Source of the DNA: Gnetum montanum
Lineage: Eukaryota; Plantae; Gnetophyta
Direction: 5' to 3'
DNA length: 64,000 bases
Assembly (NCBI GenBank): GCA_015680685.1
Contig: MNCI01000690.1
Location: 274,487 to 338,486 of the forward strand
Numbering within the stretch: position 1 is the first letter of the stretch; every line of letters starts with the position of its first letter. The position numbers were made by a program, and so were the translations under genes. Shown in pieces: positions 37,694 through 49,044 of the stretch. Under the pieces are notes generated by a model. That model had not been told where the DNA came from. It searched no databases and saw only the letters and a list, made by a program, of their open reading frames with translations.

Positions 37694-38980
37694 NGGTAGG
37701 AGCTTTACACTATCATTTATGTTGTTCATTAGCTTTATCATGGTTCCTCTCCACTATGGCTAACACATTTTACTATGCAGCTGATACCACTATTGATACC
37801 TCTGGCCCTTCCTCGATCTACTTGTGATCGTGGACCAAGACCCCCGATAAATTTACTTTCATGGAGGGGGTGGTTGATGACATGATCGATCGTCTGAAGC
37901 AGATCAACTCAGAAGTACGTAAGTTAAAGTTGCTATGATAGACTCTCTAAATTGTTGTTGCTTCATTATGCCACTGTGACTAATGCCTTTCTATGTGTGG
38001 TTGCCAGCCTCTCACCTTAAGTGGGACCCTAAGCACATGGTTGAGGTTGACACTGTGCCCGAATTTCCACCGGAGGTGATCGAAGTACCTCGTCACATAT
38101 ACAACAAAGCAAGCTAATGTGCACTGTACTCAGCATGCTCCTTGTGGGAATGTAGACATGTGAACGAAAACCTCTAAAAATGGGTATAGAGGCTTGAGAA
38201 GGAGAAGGCCAATTTGACTGCCAAGGTGGAAGATCTCCAATCCAAGAATGAATTCCTGTTGGCCTGAGACACTAAAAATGGTAGTTGGCGCATAACTGTC
38301 ATCGACTACACAAGGTATTTGACAACCGTGTGATGTAACAATGAGGCCACTCATGAAATAATAGAAGAGTGCATGTAAATGGACCTACTAGCCTAGAAGA
38401 ACCAAGACTTGAAATACTATAGTGCAAAGGTTTACGAGTTGGGGTAGGCACAGAAAAACCATAAACACATGTATAAACTAGAACGTGCCACCTACCGTAA
38501 ACAATATTGGGATGCCTCTGTCAAGTTGCATACTTATGAGGTATTCCTTCACATTATTGGTGCTTCTGGGGCTTACGATAGGTTTATGCAATAGGTGACA
38601 GTCAGTGAATCTCCCAAAAGGGAAATGACCTTTCCCACGGGTGAGACCACCACTGCCACGTTTTTTTTAGGACCACTGAGATGGACAACCATAGAAAAGG
38701 AGAAAGTTGTAGCAAGTGCTGATCTGGGAGATAGGAATTGGGCTGATATTACAAAGGAGGAGATCTTGCAACATCTTGCGACAGGCATGGATCAGATACC
38801 CCCTAAAACAAATGTGGGGCTGTCTCGGGTCAATCATTTTTTGGTGTTGTGATAATTTATTTTATTCGAGTCCTTATTGTAGCTTTAACTGACTATTTCA
38901 TTTTCCCTATGGTACAGAATCCAGATGAAAACACAGGACCTAATGAGGCAGGGGACGATGAAGCAGGCGAAGGGTCATAG
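34245..38980 (+). pseudogene. Element B antisense 8-exon accessory gene
   Basis: TATA (CTATAAATAGG ~34102), ATG 34245, introns ~34364-35173, 35624-35727, 36003-36081, 37140-37260, 37696-37780, 37919-38007, 38814-38917. Same exon order and peptides as in A and C. Confidence 0.8.
37320..37515 (+). repeat. 21-bp coding minisatellite (EEAPxxE) in the acidic exon of the B antisense gene
   Basis: NEEAPATEERAPTDEEGAPIVEEGTSTGEEEVPTDEEEAPANKERGPTNEEEAPGNPKEAPA. Confidence 0.85.
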
Positions 38981-39164
38981 CGTAGCAGCAGAGCATTTTA
39001 TTTAGATTCTCACAAAGAATGTTGTAAACATTATTGATTAACATTTTGAATGAAAAAAATGGAATATGGAGAGATTTATTTCATTTTGGCTTATGTGTTG
39101 TATTTATTTTTATTTTATTCTTTATCTTTTTTTTATTAATTAAACTCCTTGGGAGCATCTCGTT

Positions 39165-39300
39165 TTAGTTTTAGGCCATTTCGGGCCATAACAATAGTTT
39201 AAGGCCATTCTGGGCCGTTGCTAGTTTTAGGCCATTTCAGGCCATTACATGATGGTAAAGAAAATTTTTTTGCCAGTTTTAGGCCTTAGTGGGCCGTGGC
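39165..39300 (-). repeat. Hairpin-TAAACTRG copies after the B gag-PR stop
   Basis: Four units; on - GGCC-CGAAAT-GGCC-TAAAACTA and variants. Confidence 0.8.
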
Positions 39301-39452
39301 ATGATGTAAATAGTGGACGTGATATGAATGGTTTAAAGAATGAGGTAGACACTTAGTGTAAATGAACAAATATGAAGTAAACAAAAAATAAACATATGAT
39401 AAGCGTTAATCATGTTGGAAGTAGTGGAGTAGTTATGCTATGCAAGTAACAA

Positions 39453-42400
39453 TCATTCTAGCAATTGCTTTCTAACCCATCGTGGGCTCGGTGATGCGTA
39501 AGGCCAAGGGGCTTTGTTGAGGTATTCCTCTATTTCATTATCTATCGCTTGAAAAGGTAATTCATCCCATGTAGTTTCATTTTTTGAGCCAACATTTTGG
39601 GCCAGCTCATTTGCCAAACAAGTAGCTTTGGTGGAGATAGGTACTTCATTTTTAGAGGTTATTACTTCTAGACCTTGCTCCATGTTGACATTGTTTATTG
39701 CTTGGGTGGCCACTTCATCACCGTAGATCACCACTTCCCTGCCCACATAAGGTAGATGGATTTCTTGATGTATGCGTAAAGAGATGGCCCTAAGCTGGGC
39801 TAACCATGACCTCCCCAAGATCAGGTTAAACCCAAGTATCTCTTCTACCACGATGAATGTTGCACTTGTGGGAAACTAATCCCCTGCCACAAAGTTAATG
39901 TGGACAGTCCCCTTTACCACCACCCACACTCTATTGAATAACTTCAGACATGAGGTTGTCGTGGGTTTGATTTGATCCACCAAATGGGGAACGAGATGAC
40001 ATTTGTAATAGCCCCATCATCAACATGTACTCTTCGGATCTTGTGCTGACCAACCCAAATCATGATGAACAAGGGTGCCATTGTGTCCTGGCCCTTCTCA
40101 GGGTCATCCTTGATGGACTCATCACGGAATGTCAACTGAGCTAGTTGCGGTTCTTTGGGCATAGAAGGAAGCATGACCGCATGGATTTCTTTCTCCTCTG
40201 CCAGCATGTTTTTGTTAACTAGTATGGACGCTAACATGCAAACCAAGGCCTTGTGATGTACAGTGGAGGTCATTACCAAGTTGTATAGGCTCAAGGTTGT
40301 ATTCTTTTCTTTCAGAGCTTGTTTGACTTGAGTAAGGGTGTTTAGGAGGTCTTGTCCACTTTCTTGTTTTTTTCCGCCCTTCTCTTCCTCCATTCGTCCT
40401 AGAAGACAAATTTTACAAGAAGGATCAATTTTAGGTGTGGGGCTAGACCCTTTTGGATGGGATGGCGATGATTATGTGCACGTAGTGGTGTCAACTGTTG
40501 ATGATGAGGGGGATGTAGACACAAAGGATGAGGGGGTAGGCTTAGGGGGACTTGGGACGGTATGTTCGTTGGCTGTTTCGTCTATCAAACACTCTTCCTG
40601 TTTTGTTGAATGGGAAGGCTATCATGTCATCTTAGATTGGCTCTATGTGATGGGGGCCATTGAGTGTTTTGGCCCCTTAATGACAAATGGTGATTATGGC
40701 ATTAGCACGGGCAACGATGTAGTTTTGAATATAAAGGGTGCAAGGGCGGATGTCTGAGGGGGAACCTTGAGAACAAATGGTTGTTGTGGCATATTTTTTG
40801 CTGTTGTTGGTGTTGCTACACTACGTTGAGGCACACAAACCACAAATGGCTACTGTGGCAGTTCTGGATTACTATCTACACCAATCGTGTTGATAATGTA
40901 CCTCGTGTTATTAGCATTGAGGGGGTCCTTGTAGATGTGCATGGATTTATTTTTAGGGCAAACAAGGTTGCTTTCATCCAAAACCAACTTCCCCTGATCA
41001 ATCATCCGTTGGATGTCATCTTTTAATGCTAGACAGTAATCTGTGTTGTGACCACAAAGTTGATGGTAGTCACAAAACTGCTCTAGCCTGAAGTTCTTAG
41101 GAACTGGTAGCTCATTGGGCATAGCTAAGGAGGGGTTCCTAAGGAGTTTGCAATACCGCTGATGTTGTTTAGTCACCTCCTCTAACATCCTTTTATGTTC
41201 AATATACCCAGCCCCCAACAATTTCTTTAGGAGTTTTGAATGCTTGACAGGTAAGGAGGTGTATTTGGAGTGATCTTTACGCTCAAAGTTGGGTTTAGGC
41301 TGGGTAGATGCCTCTGGTGCTGACGTGGAGGGTTGGGCAACATTACTTGAGCTAGGCATGGGGTTAGTTGATGTTGTGGCTACCTTTTTGTTATTGTTGC
41401 TGTTGGGCTTTGCCTCATTTGTCACAACAGCCACCGTGGCCATTGCAGCTTTGCCCTTTTCTTTGTCTTTTTTGGTATATGCATTTTTGTACGCAACATA
41501 GGTCGAGTCTTTACTGGCTTTGGTTGCATCTTGGATGCTCTTCGTCTAGGAAAAAGCTTGACTAAGAGAGCATGGGGCTAGGTAGTACAGCATGGATTTG
41601 ATGAAATCATTTACCGCCCCCTTGAAGATAGCCAGCAAATGAGCCTCCGCGATAGGCACACGGATCTCATTCAAGGTAGCACTCCACCACTGTATAAACT
41701 TTTGCACCGACTTTAGCGGGTCTTGCTTAACGCCCATCAACTGATCCAACATGACTTTGGGCATCAAGTTATACTTGAAGCGAGTCACAAACTAGGTCAG
41801 CAGCTCTTCCAGTTTTGAGATGGAGGGGCGTGGGAGCCCATGGTACCAATCTAAAGCTTTTCCCATCATAGACATAGCAAAGACACAAATAATAGTGTGC
41901 AACCACTACTGCAACAACAAATATTCAAATCTAAACGTGACTAAATATGCATTAGGATCACCCTCCCCATTGTATTTTGTGAATTGGGGGAGTGGCATCC
42001 CAGGAGGTAACATGAGCATGGGAACAACCAGGCTGATGGGGTCATCATGGTAGAAATCCCTGACCTGCACTATGTCAAAATTGATGACTTTGAGATGTTT
42101 AATCTCTTTAGTGAGGGTCTAGATAAGTTGGAATGCTTGGTCTAGACCCGGAGACGGCGTAGACAGTTGCGAGGTTGCAGGGGCAACCATCATTGGTGAC
42201 ATAGTAAGGATAATGGCCTGTCTCATAGAGGGTGCCATTAGGGCTACCCTTGTGAAGGGTGTTACCTATGAGGTTCACCACCTACTAGGTGATGATGTTG
42301 GAGTGACGGCTGCTAGTGGTGCTATAGGGTTAGTCATTTACATGATTGATGGGATGGGCCATAGTCCCACGCTTGGTTGTGACACTTGCGGGACTTGGTA

Positions 42401-43253
42401 TGCTTGGTGATAAGGGTAATGTGGCATCTGGGAGGGTTACGAAACAAGGAGTGAAGTGGCTGGGGTCCACCACATGGTTGGAGTTGGGCCTACCGCTAAT
42501 GGTGGAACAGGTGTAGACAATGGAATAGGAGCAGAGACTCCATGCAGCTATGAAGTAGACGCGGTGTGCACGTAGGGAAACGTAGCTATGATCGGCGCTT
42601 GGTATGAGGATGGGACAGAATGAGAAGAGAGAGTGCCTAGGAATGAAACTGAGGGAGGAGCATGTTGGTACACTAAGGATGTAGAATGGCTACCCATGGT
42701 TGATGAAAATGTAGATTGTAGTGGATTCGTAGTAATCACAAAGGGGGCTAATGCAAAAAGTGGGTTTGACTTGAAGACCATGGTGGGAGGGATGGTCATA
42801 GGGTAAGTCTGGCCACCACCGTTGGATTGGGAGTCCAGGTCTTCCTGTCCATCCTAGAACACCTCATCATAATGAGACGTTGTATCTCACTCTCTAGACC
42901 TACTCACTTGTATGAGTTGGTTCAAGAGCCATTGATATGACTTGGTCAATCGGATGATGATATCAGGGGCTAGGATAAATTCCCTTTTGTTTCGATGAAG
43001 GAACTGAAAGTTACATTTTTCTTCGAGTTCTTGGTAATCCAAGGGTAAATTTTCTTGGATCTTTGCATAAAGGATGTCGTAATGCTTTGCTTCTTGTGCC
43101 AAGAACTCAGGTGATAGATGTTAGATCCTAAGAGACTAGTGTTGTGCTAGCACTGGGCTAGGTGGCCGCTCGGCACCTATGGTGCTTTGAGCCAAGAAAA
43201 GAGCCTCAAGGTTCGAGGTGGAAATAGTGGTTGTTGGAAAAATCATTTTGCAT
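39453..43253 (-). pseudogene. Element B gag-protease
   Basis: FTKYNGEGDP, QFCDYHQLCGHNTDYCLALKDDIQRMIDQG, RRVHVDDGAITNVI, FNLILGRSWL. Confidence 0.9.
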
Positions 43254-43469
43254 GATAAAAGGGAAAGTTGCAAACGAGAAACATGAAAATCAATAGGTGA
43301 TCAAAGGCTTTTCATCCTGCCGGGTTCTAAAGGAACCATCATCATGACCAGTCTGCACCACACAATGTGTAAACAACTACAAAAGGATGTCACATTTACA
43401 CTAGTGGATGATGGGTTATAGAGAGTGTGAAGGACTACCCATAAGATGCAGAAAGGGCACCCAAAAGGC

Positions 43470-43485
43470 CCTCCTTCTAGCACCA
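43470..43485 (-). promoter_or_regulatory. Element B PBS TGGTGCTAGAAGGAGG (tRNA-Asn, one CpG transition)
   Basis: Adjacent to the LTR end at 43491. Confidence 0.85.
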
Positions 43486-43490
43486 AAAAC

Positions 43491-44710
43491 TATAGCAACA
43501 GAAAACATCAGTGGCTAGAAACACCAAGAGGTCTTCGGGAGCACAGCCTAACCACAGATCTGTGCAAGGGCCATGCTGGAGAGAATGGATTCAAGGTGCC
43601 CTAAACGGTCTGGTCAATTAGATAGGGACTTAACTAATGTACAATAACCCTTTTGCAAAAAATGATTTTAAATGGAACACCTGGTGGTAAAATAAAAGAA
43701 AATGTAATGTGCACAGCAGTAGAAACGTGCTAAAGCATGTAACGGAACAATGGACATGATTGAACGTTTGACAATCCCAAAAAATAAATGTTGTAATCAG
43801 AAAAAAAGAGAGTTTGAATAGGAAGATGCACCACCCCAAAAAAATTGTACAAGTATACAGAGTATACAATAGGTGTAGTAGGAGCACAGTCACAGCCTCG
43901 ATGGTGTCAAGCGGTGAAATATAGTGCTCATTGTGAAAAAATGTGCTTGCTGGGTCGATAGTCATAATGTACTATGCGATGTTCCACTGGGCTGCAATGG
44001 GGCTGCAGTGTATGGTGCAGTGTAGTTGTGCCTCTCTGTCAGTGTGGTGTGCTTTGGGTCTTGTTCGTCCACGTAGCTAAATGCTAAGATGCCAAAATGG
44101 AAGTGCCAACTGCCTTGCTAGTGAAGAAATGGAAGCCTCCCCCCCTTTCGCTCCTCTTTTTTCAAAAGAGAACGTCGAGGTATTTATAAGACTAGGTTTA
44201 GCCCAAATTGCGGATCAGGTGCCATGTGGCAGCGTGGTGGGTGGGACCATGCTATCTGCTATGCTCGTCCCATGTTATGCATGGAACATGGGAAACTGGC
44301 TGCAACATTGGACATGGTGCTACACAGCGTGACAGGGTGCTACACTGCACAGTGTAACAAGGTGTTACGCTACGCTACACTATGCAGTGTAATAGGATGC
44401 AGCGTAACAGGGTGTTACGCTACACTATGCTATGCATCGTAACAGGGTGTAGCGTAATAGGGTGTTACACAACGTAACAACGCATAATAGTGCGTAACAG
44501 CACGTAACAAGGTGTTACACTACGCTACGCTATGCAGCATAACAAGGTACAACATAATAGGGTGTTATGCTACGCTACGCTATGCAGCGTAACAATGCGC
44601 TACGTGACACTACGCTACGCAGCGTAATAGGGTGTTGAAAGTGCCATTGTTTTAACACTTAGCCATATTTGCAGTCATGATGCCGAGACCTGAAATTTTG
44701 TGGTGTTTCA
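43491..44710 (-). repeat. Element B 5' LTR with GTTACGCTACGCT/AGCGTAAC array (44320-44630)
   Basis: TGAAACACCA start, TATA (TATAAATA ~44185), U5 end homologous to 27038-27180. Confidence 0.85.
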
Positions 44711-47700
44711 TCTTTTACTAACAATATTCAAAGGAATACCATGCATCTTTTTGCACAAAATAAAGTGTGTCATCTTGGCAAACTTATTTACCACAACAAA
44801 AATAGCATTGTTCCCACTCTTGGTTTTGGAAATATAACTTACAAAATCCATTGACACACTTTTCCATGCACCCTTTGGAATTGCAAAAGGCATGTAATGT
44901 CCATCCACTCCTTCACCTCCTTTGAATTTCTAACATGTTAAATACTCCTTCACAAATTTTGAAACTTTAGTTGACATACTTGGCCAAAAATAGTACCTAC
45001 CCATAAGCTCCAATGCTTTATCCTTACTCCTATAACTTGCTATGCCATTATAATGTTTTTCAAACAAAATATTTTCCTAAAATCATAGTTAGAAATACAT
45101 GCCTTTCCATTTTGGAACAACAGTTCATTTTAAATATCATCATCTCTACGTTGGTCTATTCTACTCAATAATGGTTCCTTGAGAATTCTCCAAACCTACC
45201 CAAAATCTAAATCATGTTCATACAAATCAACAAAATAATCCATACCATCAACATGAGGCACACTAAAATTCACCACATGCACCCTATACAATGCATTAGC
45301 CACCACATTGGCTTTTTTACTTTTGTGCTTAAGCACAAAATTGAACTCATGTAACTGTGCAATCCACTTCATGTGTTTAGCACTCAAGTTATTTTGGAAT
45401 TTAGAAACTAAAGCACTTTATGACCCATCATCAAAGTGAACTCCTTGGGTAACAAGTAATGCCTCCAATTCTTGGTTTCTTGAAGAATAGCGTACAAGTC
45501 CTTCTCATATACACTATATCTCTATTGTACTTCATTTAACTTTTCTAAAAAATAGAAATAGGTCTACCTTCTTATGAAAGTACCCCACCAATGGTAAGTC
45601 CACTTTCATCCACCTCCATCTTAAAAAGCTCCAAGAAATATGAAATTGCAAGCACTAGTTCATTAGTTATTTTTACTTTCAACAAGTTAAAGCTCCTTTG
45701 GGTTTCATCACCCCACCTAAAATCTTTATTCTCCTTTAGCAAAGTAAAAATAGCCTAATAAATACCACTAAATTTTTTTATAAACCTCTAACAAAAATTT
45801 GCTAAATCAAGGAATGATCTTACTTCCTCAACATTCTTAGGAGTTTTTCAATATCTAATAGCCCTCATCCTCATAGCTTCCATTTAAATTTGGTTTTTAG
45901 AAACCACATGTTCCATGTGAGCTCCCTCTTGAAGAAATGGATTTTTTCACATTGATCACCAAATGTGCCTTCTCTAATTTAAGGCACACTTTCCTTAAGT
46001 AATCCAAGTGCTCCTCCTCATTAGAGTTGTTGTACAACAAAATATCATCAAAGAAGACAACATAACACTTACTAATCAAGTCTTTGAGTACACCATGCAT
46101 CAATATCATGAATGTAGCAAATTTGTGAGCCCAAATGGCATCACCAACCATTCAAACAATCCATCCAGTGTTTTAAAAGTTGTCTTTCATTCATCACTAG
46201 GCCTGATTTGAATTTCATGGTAACCACTATTCAAATCAATTTTACTAAAATCCTTCACATTAGTAAGGACATCAAGAATATCATCCATCCTTGGAATAGA
46301 AAACCTATATCTCACTATTATCCTCTTCACTACCCTAGAATCAATGCCAATCCTCCATTAATTACTATCTTCTTTAGCATAAGCACCATTGGAACTAAAT
46401 AAGGCAAAATGGATTTCCTTACAAAGCCATTTACAACTCCTCTACTTACCTTTGCAATTCCACCTATTAATTTATGTCATCTGATATACCCTCTTGTTTG
46501 GAATGATAGCATCAAGGATGAAATCAACTTGGTACTATACATTCCTCAATGATAACAATCCATCCAATTCCTCATTAAATACCTTAAGAAATTGCTTCTT
46601 CAAACCTTGCACACTTGTTAGATGCTCTACTTGCACAACATAATGGTTAGAAGCAACAATTGATACAACAACAAAAGAAAAATAGTTTCATCATGTTTCT
46701 TAATATATTCCCTCTCTTCTAAAAGAAATAAGAAAGCATTAAGTAAGCTTTGCTACCTCACTTCTTCAACTATCATAGGAATCAACTCATGAATTCCATC
46801 AAGTCTAGCTACACTCCATATATTTCTTGCCCCATTAAATTGAGAACTATTGTTAAATTTCCATGGTCATTTGAGAATCACATCAACATAATTAATTGGA
46901 AGTACATCACATTTCATAACATCATGAAAACTCATAATTTTAAGTTTTAAAATATATTCCTCTTAGACCTCTTACGAAAAATATCTTAACAAACAATGTA
47001 CCTTGTAAGGTCTAGGATGAGGATTTGTCACTAAATCTAATCTAGTAATTGTCCTAGATGAAATAATATTTTTTCAAGATTCTTCATTAATCAAAATATG
47101 AATTCATTTTCCATTAAGAAAACAACTAGCCCCAATTCAAAATAATAATTTTCTAGTAGGAGGATCTCCTGTATTCACATTTCTCATAAATGCACAAGAA
47201 TTTAATTTAGAAGCTTCCTTAATCTTGAGAGCATTAGGATTATCTCTTTAAAGAGCTTGGTTGGACGGCTCCTCTACTTCTATAGTTTGTGCATCCTTTC
47301 CCATACCTACCTCGAGAACTAAACATTTCCATTACCTTTGTCCCCATTCTTTACATTTAAATCATTGAATCTTGGATGAGTTACTACCCTGATCCTTGCC
47401 TCCATTTCCTTGGTCCTTCTTGGCCTTGCCCTTTTCATCACCCAATTTTGTTTTCTTATTACGGTTACCATCCATATCTTTAGATTAAGACTTGGATTCT
47501 TTCTCAAATTTGGATTTCTTATCCCTTTTTTTGAAAGATTATTGATCCCTTTTCCCAAATCCCTTTTTTGAAAGCTTATTGATCCCTTTTTTTGAAAGCT
47601 TCATCAAGAGTTTGTGGCTCATACAGTAACAACTCCTACTAATACATCATTTTGAAACCTTTTAGAAAGATTGAAGTCTATTCATTCCCAATTTAGCTTA

Positions 47701-48455
47701 GCTTAATGGAATAGTTCATAAAATTTAGTGTAAAACCCCTTGACATAATTGTCACCTTGCCTTAAGAATTTCAACTTCATTATTATTTCTTACCTCTAAT
47801 AAAACTATTCCAATTTTCTCCTCAACCTCTATTTCATCAAATTTCAATCTCTAATGGGTTGACCATTTTGTCTTTCATAAACTTGGAACTCCCTCTCCCA
47901 CTAAGTAGAAGTCATACATTCTAATTTGGATTAAAAAATAGGTATCCTTAATTAGTTTATTATCTCTTCCATCTCAAAATGCTTTTCAAGTGCCTTTAGC
48001 CAACTTGAGAAAGCATTGGTATTACCTACACCACTGAAAGTTTTCATTTCCACATACAAAAGTTTGGTAGCATTTCTAAATGTTTTAGCAAGCCTTGCTT
48101 CATCTTCCTCATCAAGCTTTCTATGAGAACTAGTGACCACTAATGAAACTCTTGAAACTCTAATATGATGAAGTGGATTTCTTTCCATTGAAATTCTTAG
48201 TTGATGGGTTCTTACACTTTTATAGCTAGATTATCCTTTCTCATCATCTACTCCTCCACCAGGCTAAGAAACATTTTCATCACCATTCAAACATGAATGT
48301 TCATCATCTCCATGGGTCAAAATATAGCTAGGACCTAGATTCATATCTACTTTGGTACTAATATCATACAATTGAGCAACCATCAATTGAAAGGTAGACT
48401 TCATGCTCTTCATGTCTCTATTTAGGGCTTGAGCTTATTTCTTTGTAGGTGCCAT
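44711..48455 (-). pseudogene. Element D gag-pol (gag to integrase N-terminal half)
   Basis: MAPTKK start; EMKTFSGVGNTNAFSSWLKALEKHF; PHPRPYKV; LFEWLVMPFGLTN; VVFFDDILLY; KHMKWIAQLHEFNFVLKHK..KANVVANAL; WKSVSMDFV. Confidence 0.85.
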
Positions 48456-48509
48456 TTGAATTTAACAAAAATTCACAACTAATCTTCCCAAGCAATAATC
48501 AACCTAAAC

Positions 48510-48521
48510 ACTCTAATATTA
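48510..48521 (-). promoter_or_regulatory. Decayed tRNA-iMet PBS of element D (TAATATTAGAGT from TGGTATCAGAGC)
   Basis: Position 4 nt inside the LTR end; all four differences are transitions. Confidence 0.6.
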
Positions 48522-48525
48522 ATAA

Positions 48526-49044
48526 TGTTAGAGTAGGTTCACTCCTATTAATTTAACCTTCAAATCCCAATAAATTTAGACATTATGAAAAATAATTAGT
48601 ATGCTAGAAAATAAGAAAACTAGCTATCCTCAATTAATGTAATGCAAATTATAATCAATGAACATCCAAATCACTCACAACACTCAAACAACATTTTAAA
48701 GCATGAGGCTCTATAATCACATAGCGATTATTCTTAATGCAAGATACAACTGAATGATATATCTTCCATAAACACAAGGCTAAGGTTTAAAACACAGAAC
48801 AACATAAAAGACATACAAGCCAAACACACACAATTTACCTTGGAGCTACAACCACATTCTTACACTCTTACAATGTGCTCTCATCTAATCATCATCTCTC
48901 ATCCATCATGTTAAAACATGAAACACAATAATATTTATTGCAAAAGAATAAGAAATCTAGAAACCTTTTCCAAAGCTCAACTTGAAAATTCCTAGTCGTT
49001 TATATATTTTCTTATATTTTTCTAGTTTTTTTCTACTTTGGAAC
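48526..49044 (-). repeat. Element D 5' LTR, interrupted by element C
   Basis: Alignment to the 3' LTR ends at ttggaac, immediately followed by TGAAACACCA. Confidence 0.85.

Larger units (their letters stand above)
27038..44710 (-). mobile_element. Element B: full-length 17.7-kb Tat/Ogre-like element (gag-PR / antisense gene / RT-RH-aRH-INT)
   Basis: TGAAACAC...GCTACA termini, TSD tctat (27033-27037) vs tcttt (44711-44715), PBS, PPT, all pol domains. Confidence 0.9.
25204..49044 (-). mobile_element. Element D: old CRM-like chromovirus (Ty3/gypsy), split by B in its integrase and by C in its 5' LTR
   Basis: Collinear LTR pair 25204-25737 vs 48526-49044, decayed Met PBS, CRM-type gag/PR/RT/RH/INT peptides, integrase reading HGIPLNIVS|(D)RDSKF continuous across B. 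Confidence 0.85.

Noticed and set aside
37658-37695. Poly-proline/poly-C tract as a biological feature
   Set aside because: Homopolymer ending in N, likely a sequencing or assembly artefact; likewise the C-run and N gap at ~63415-63435.
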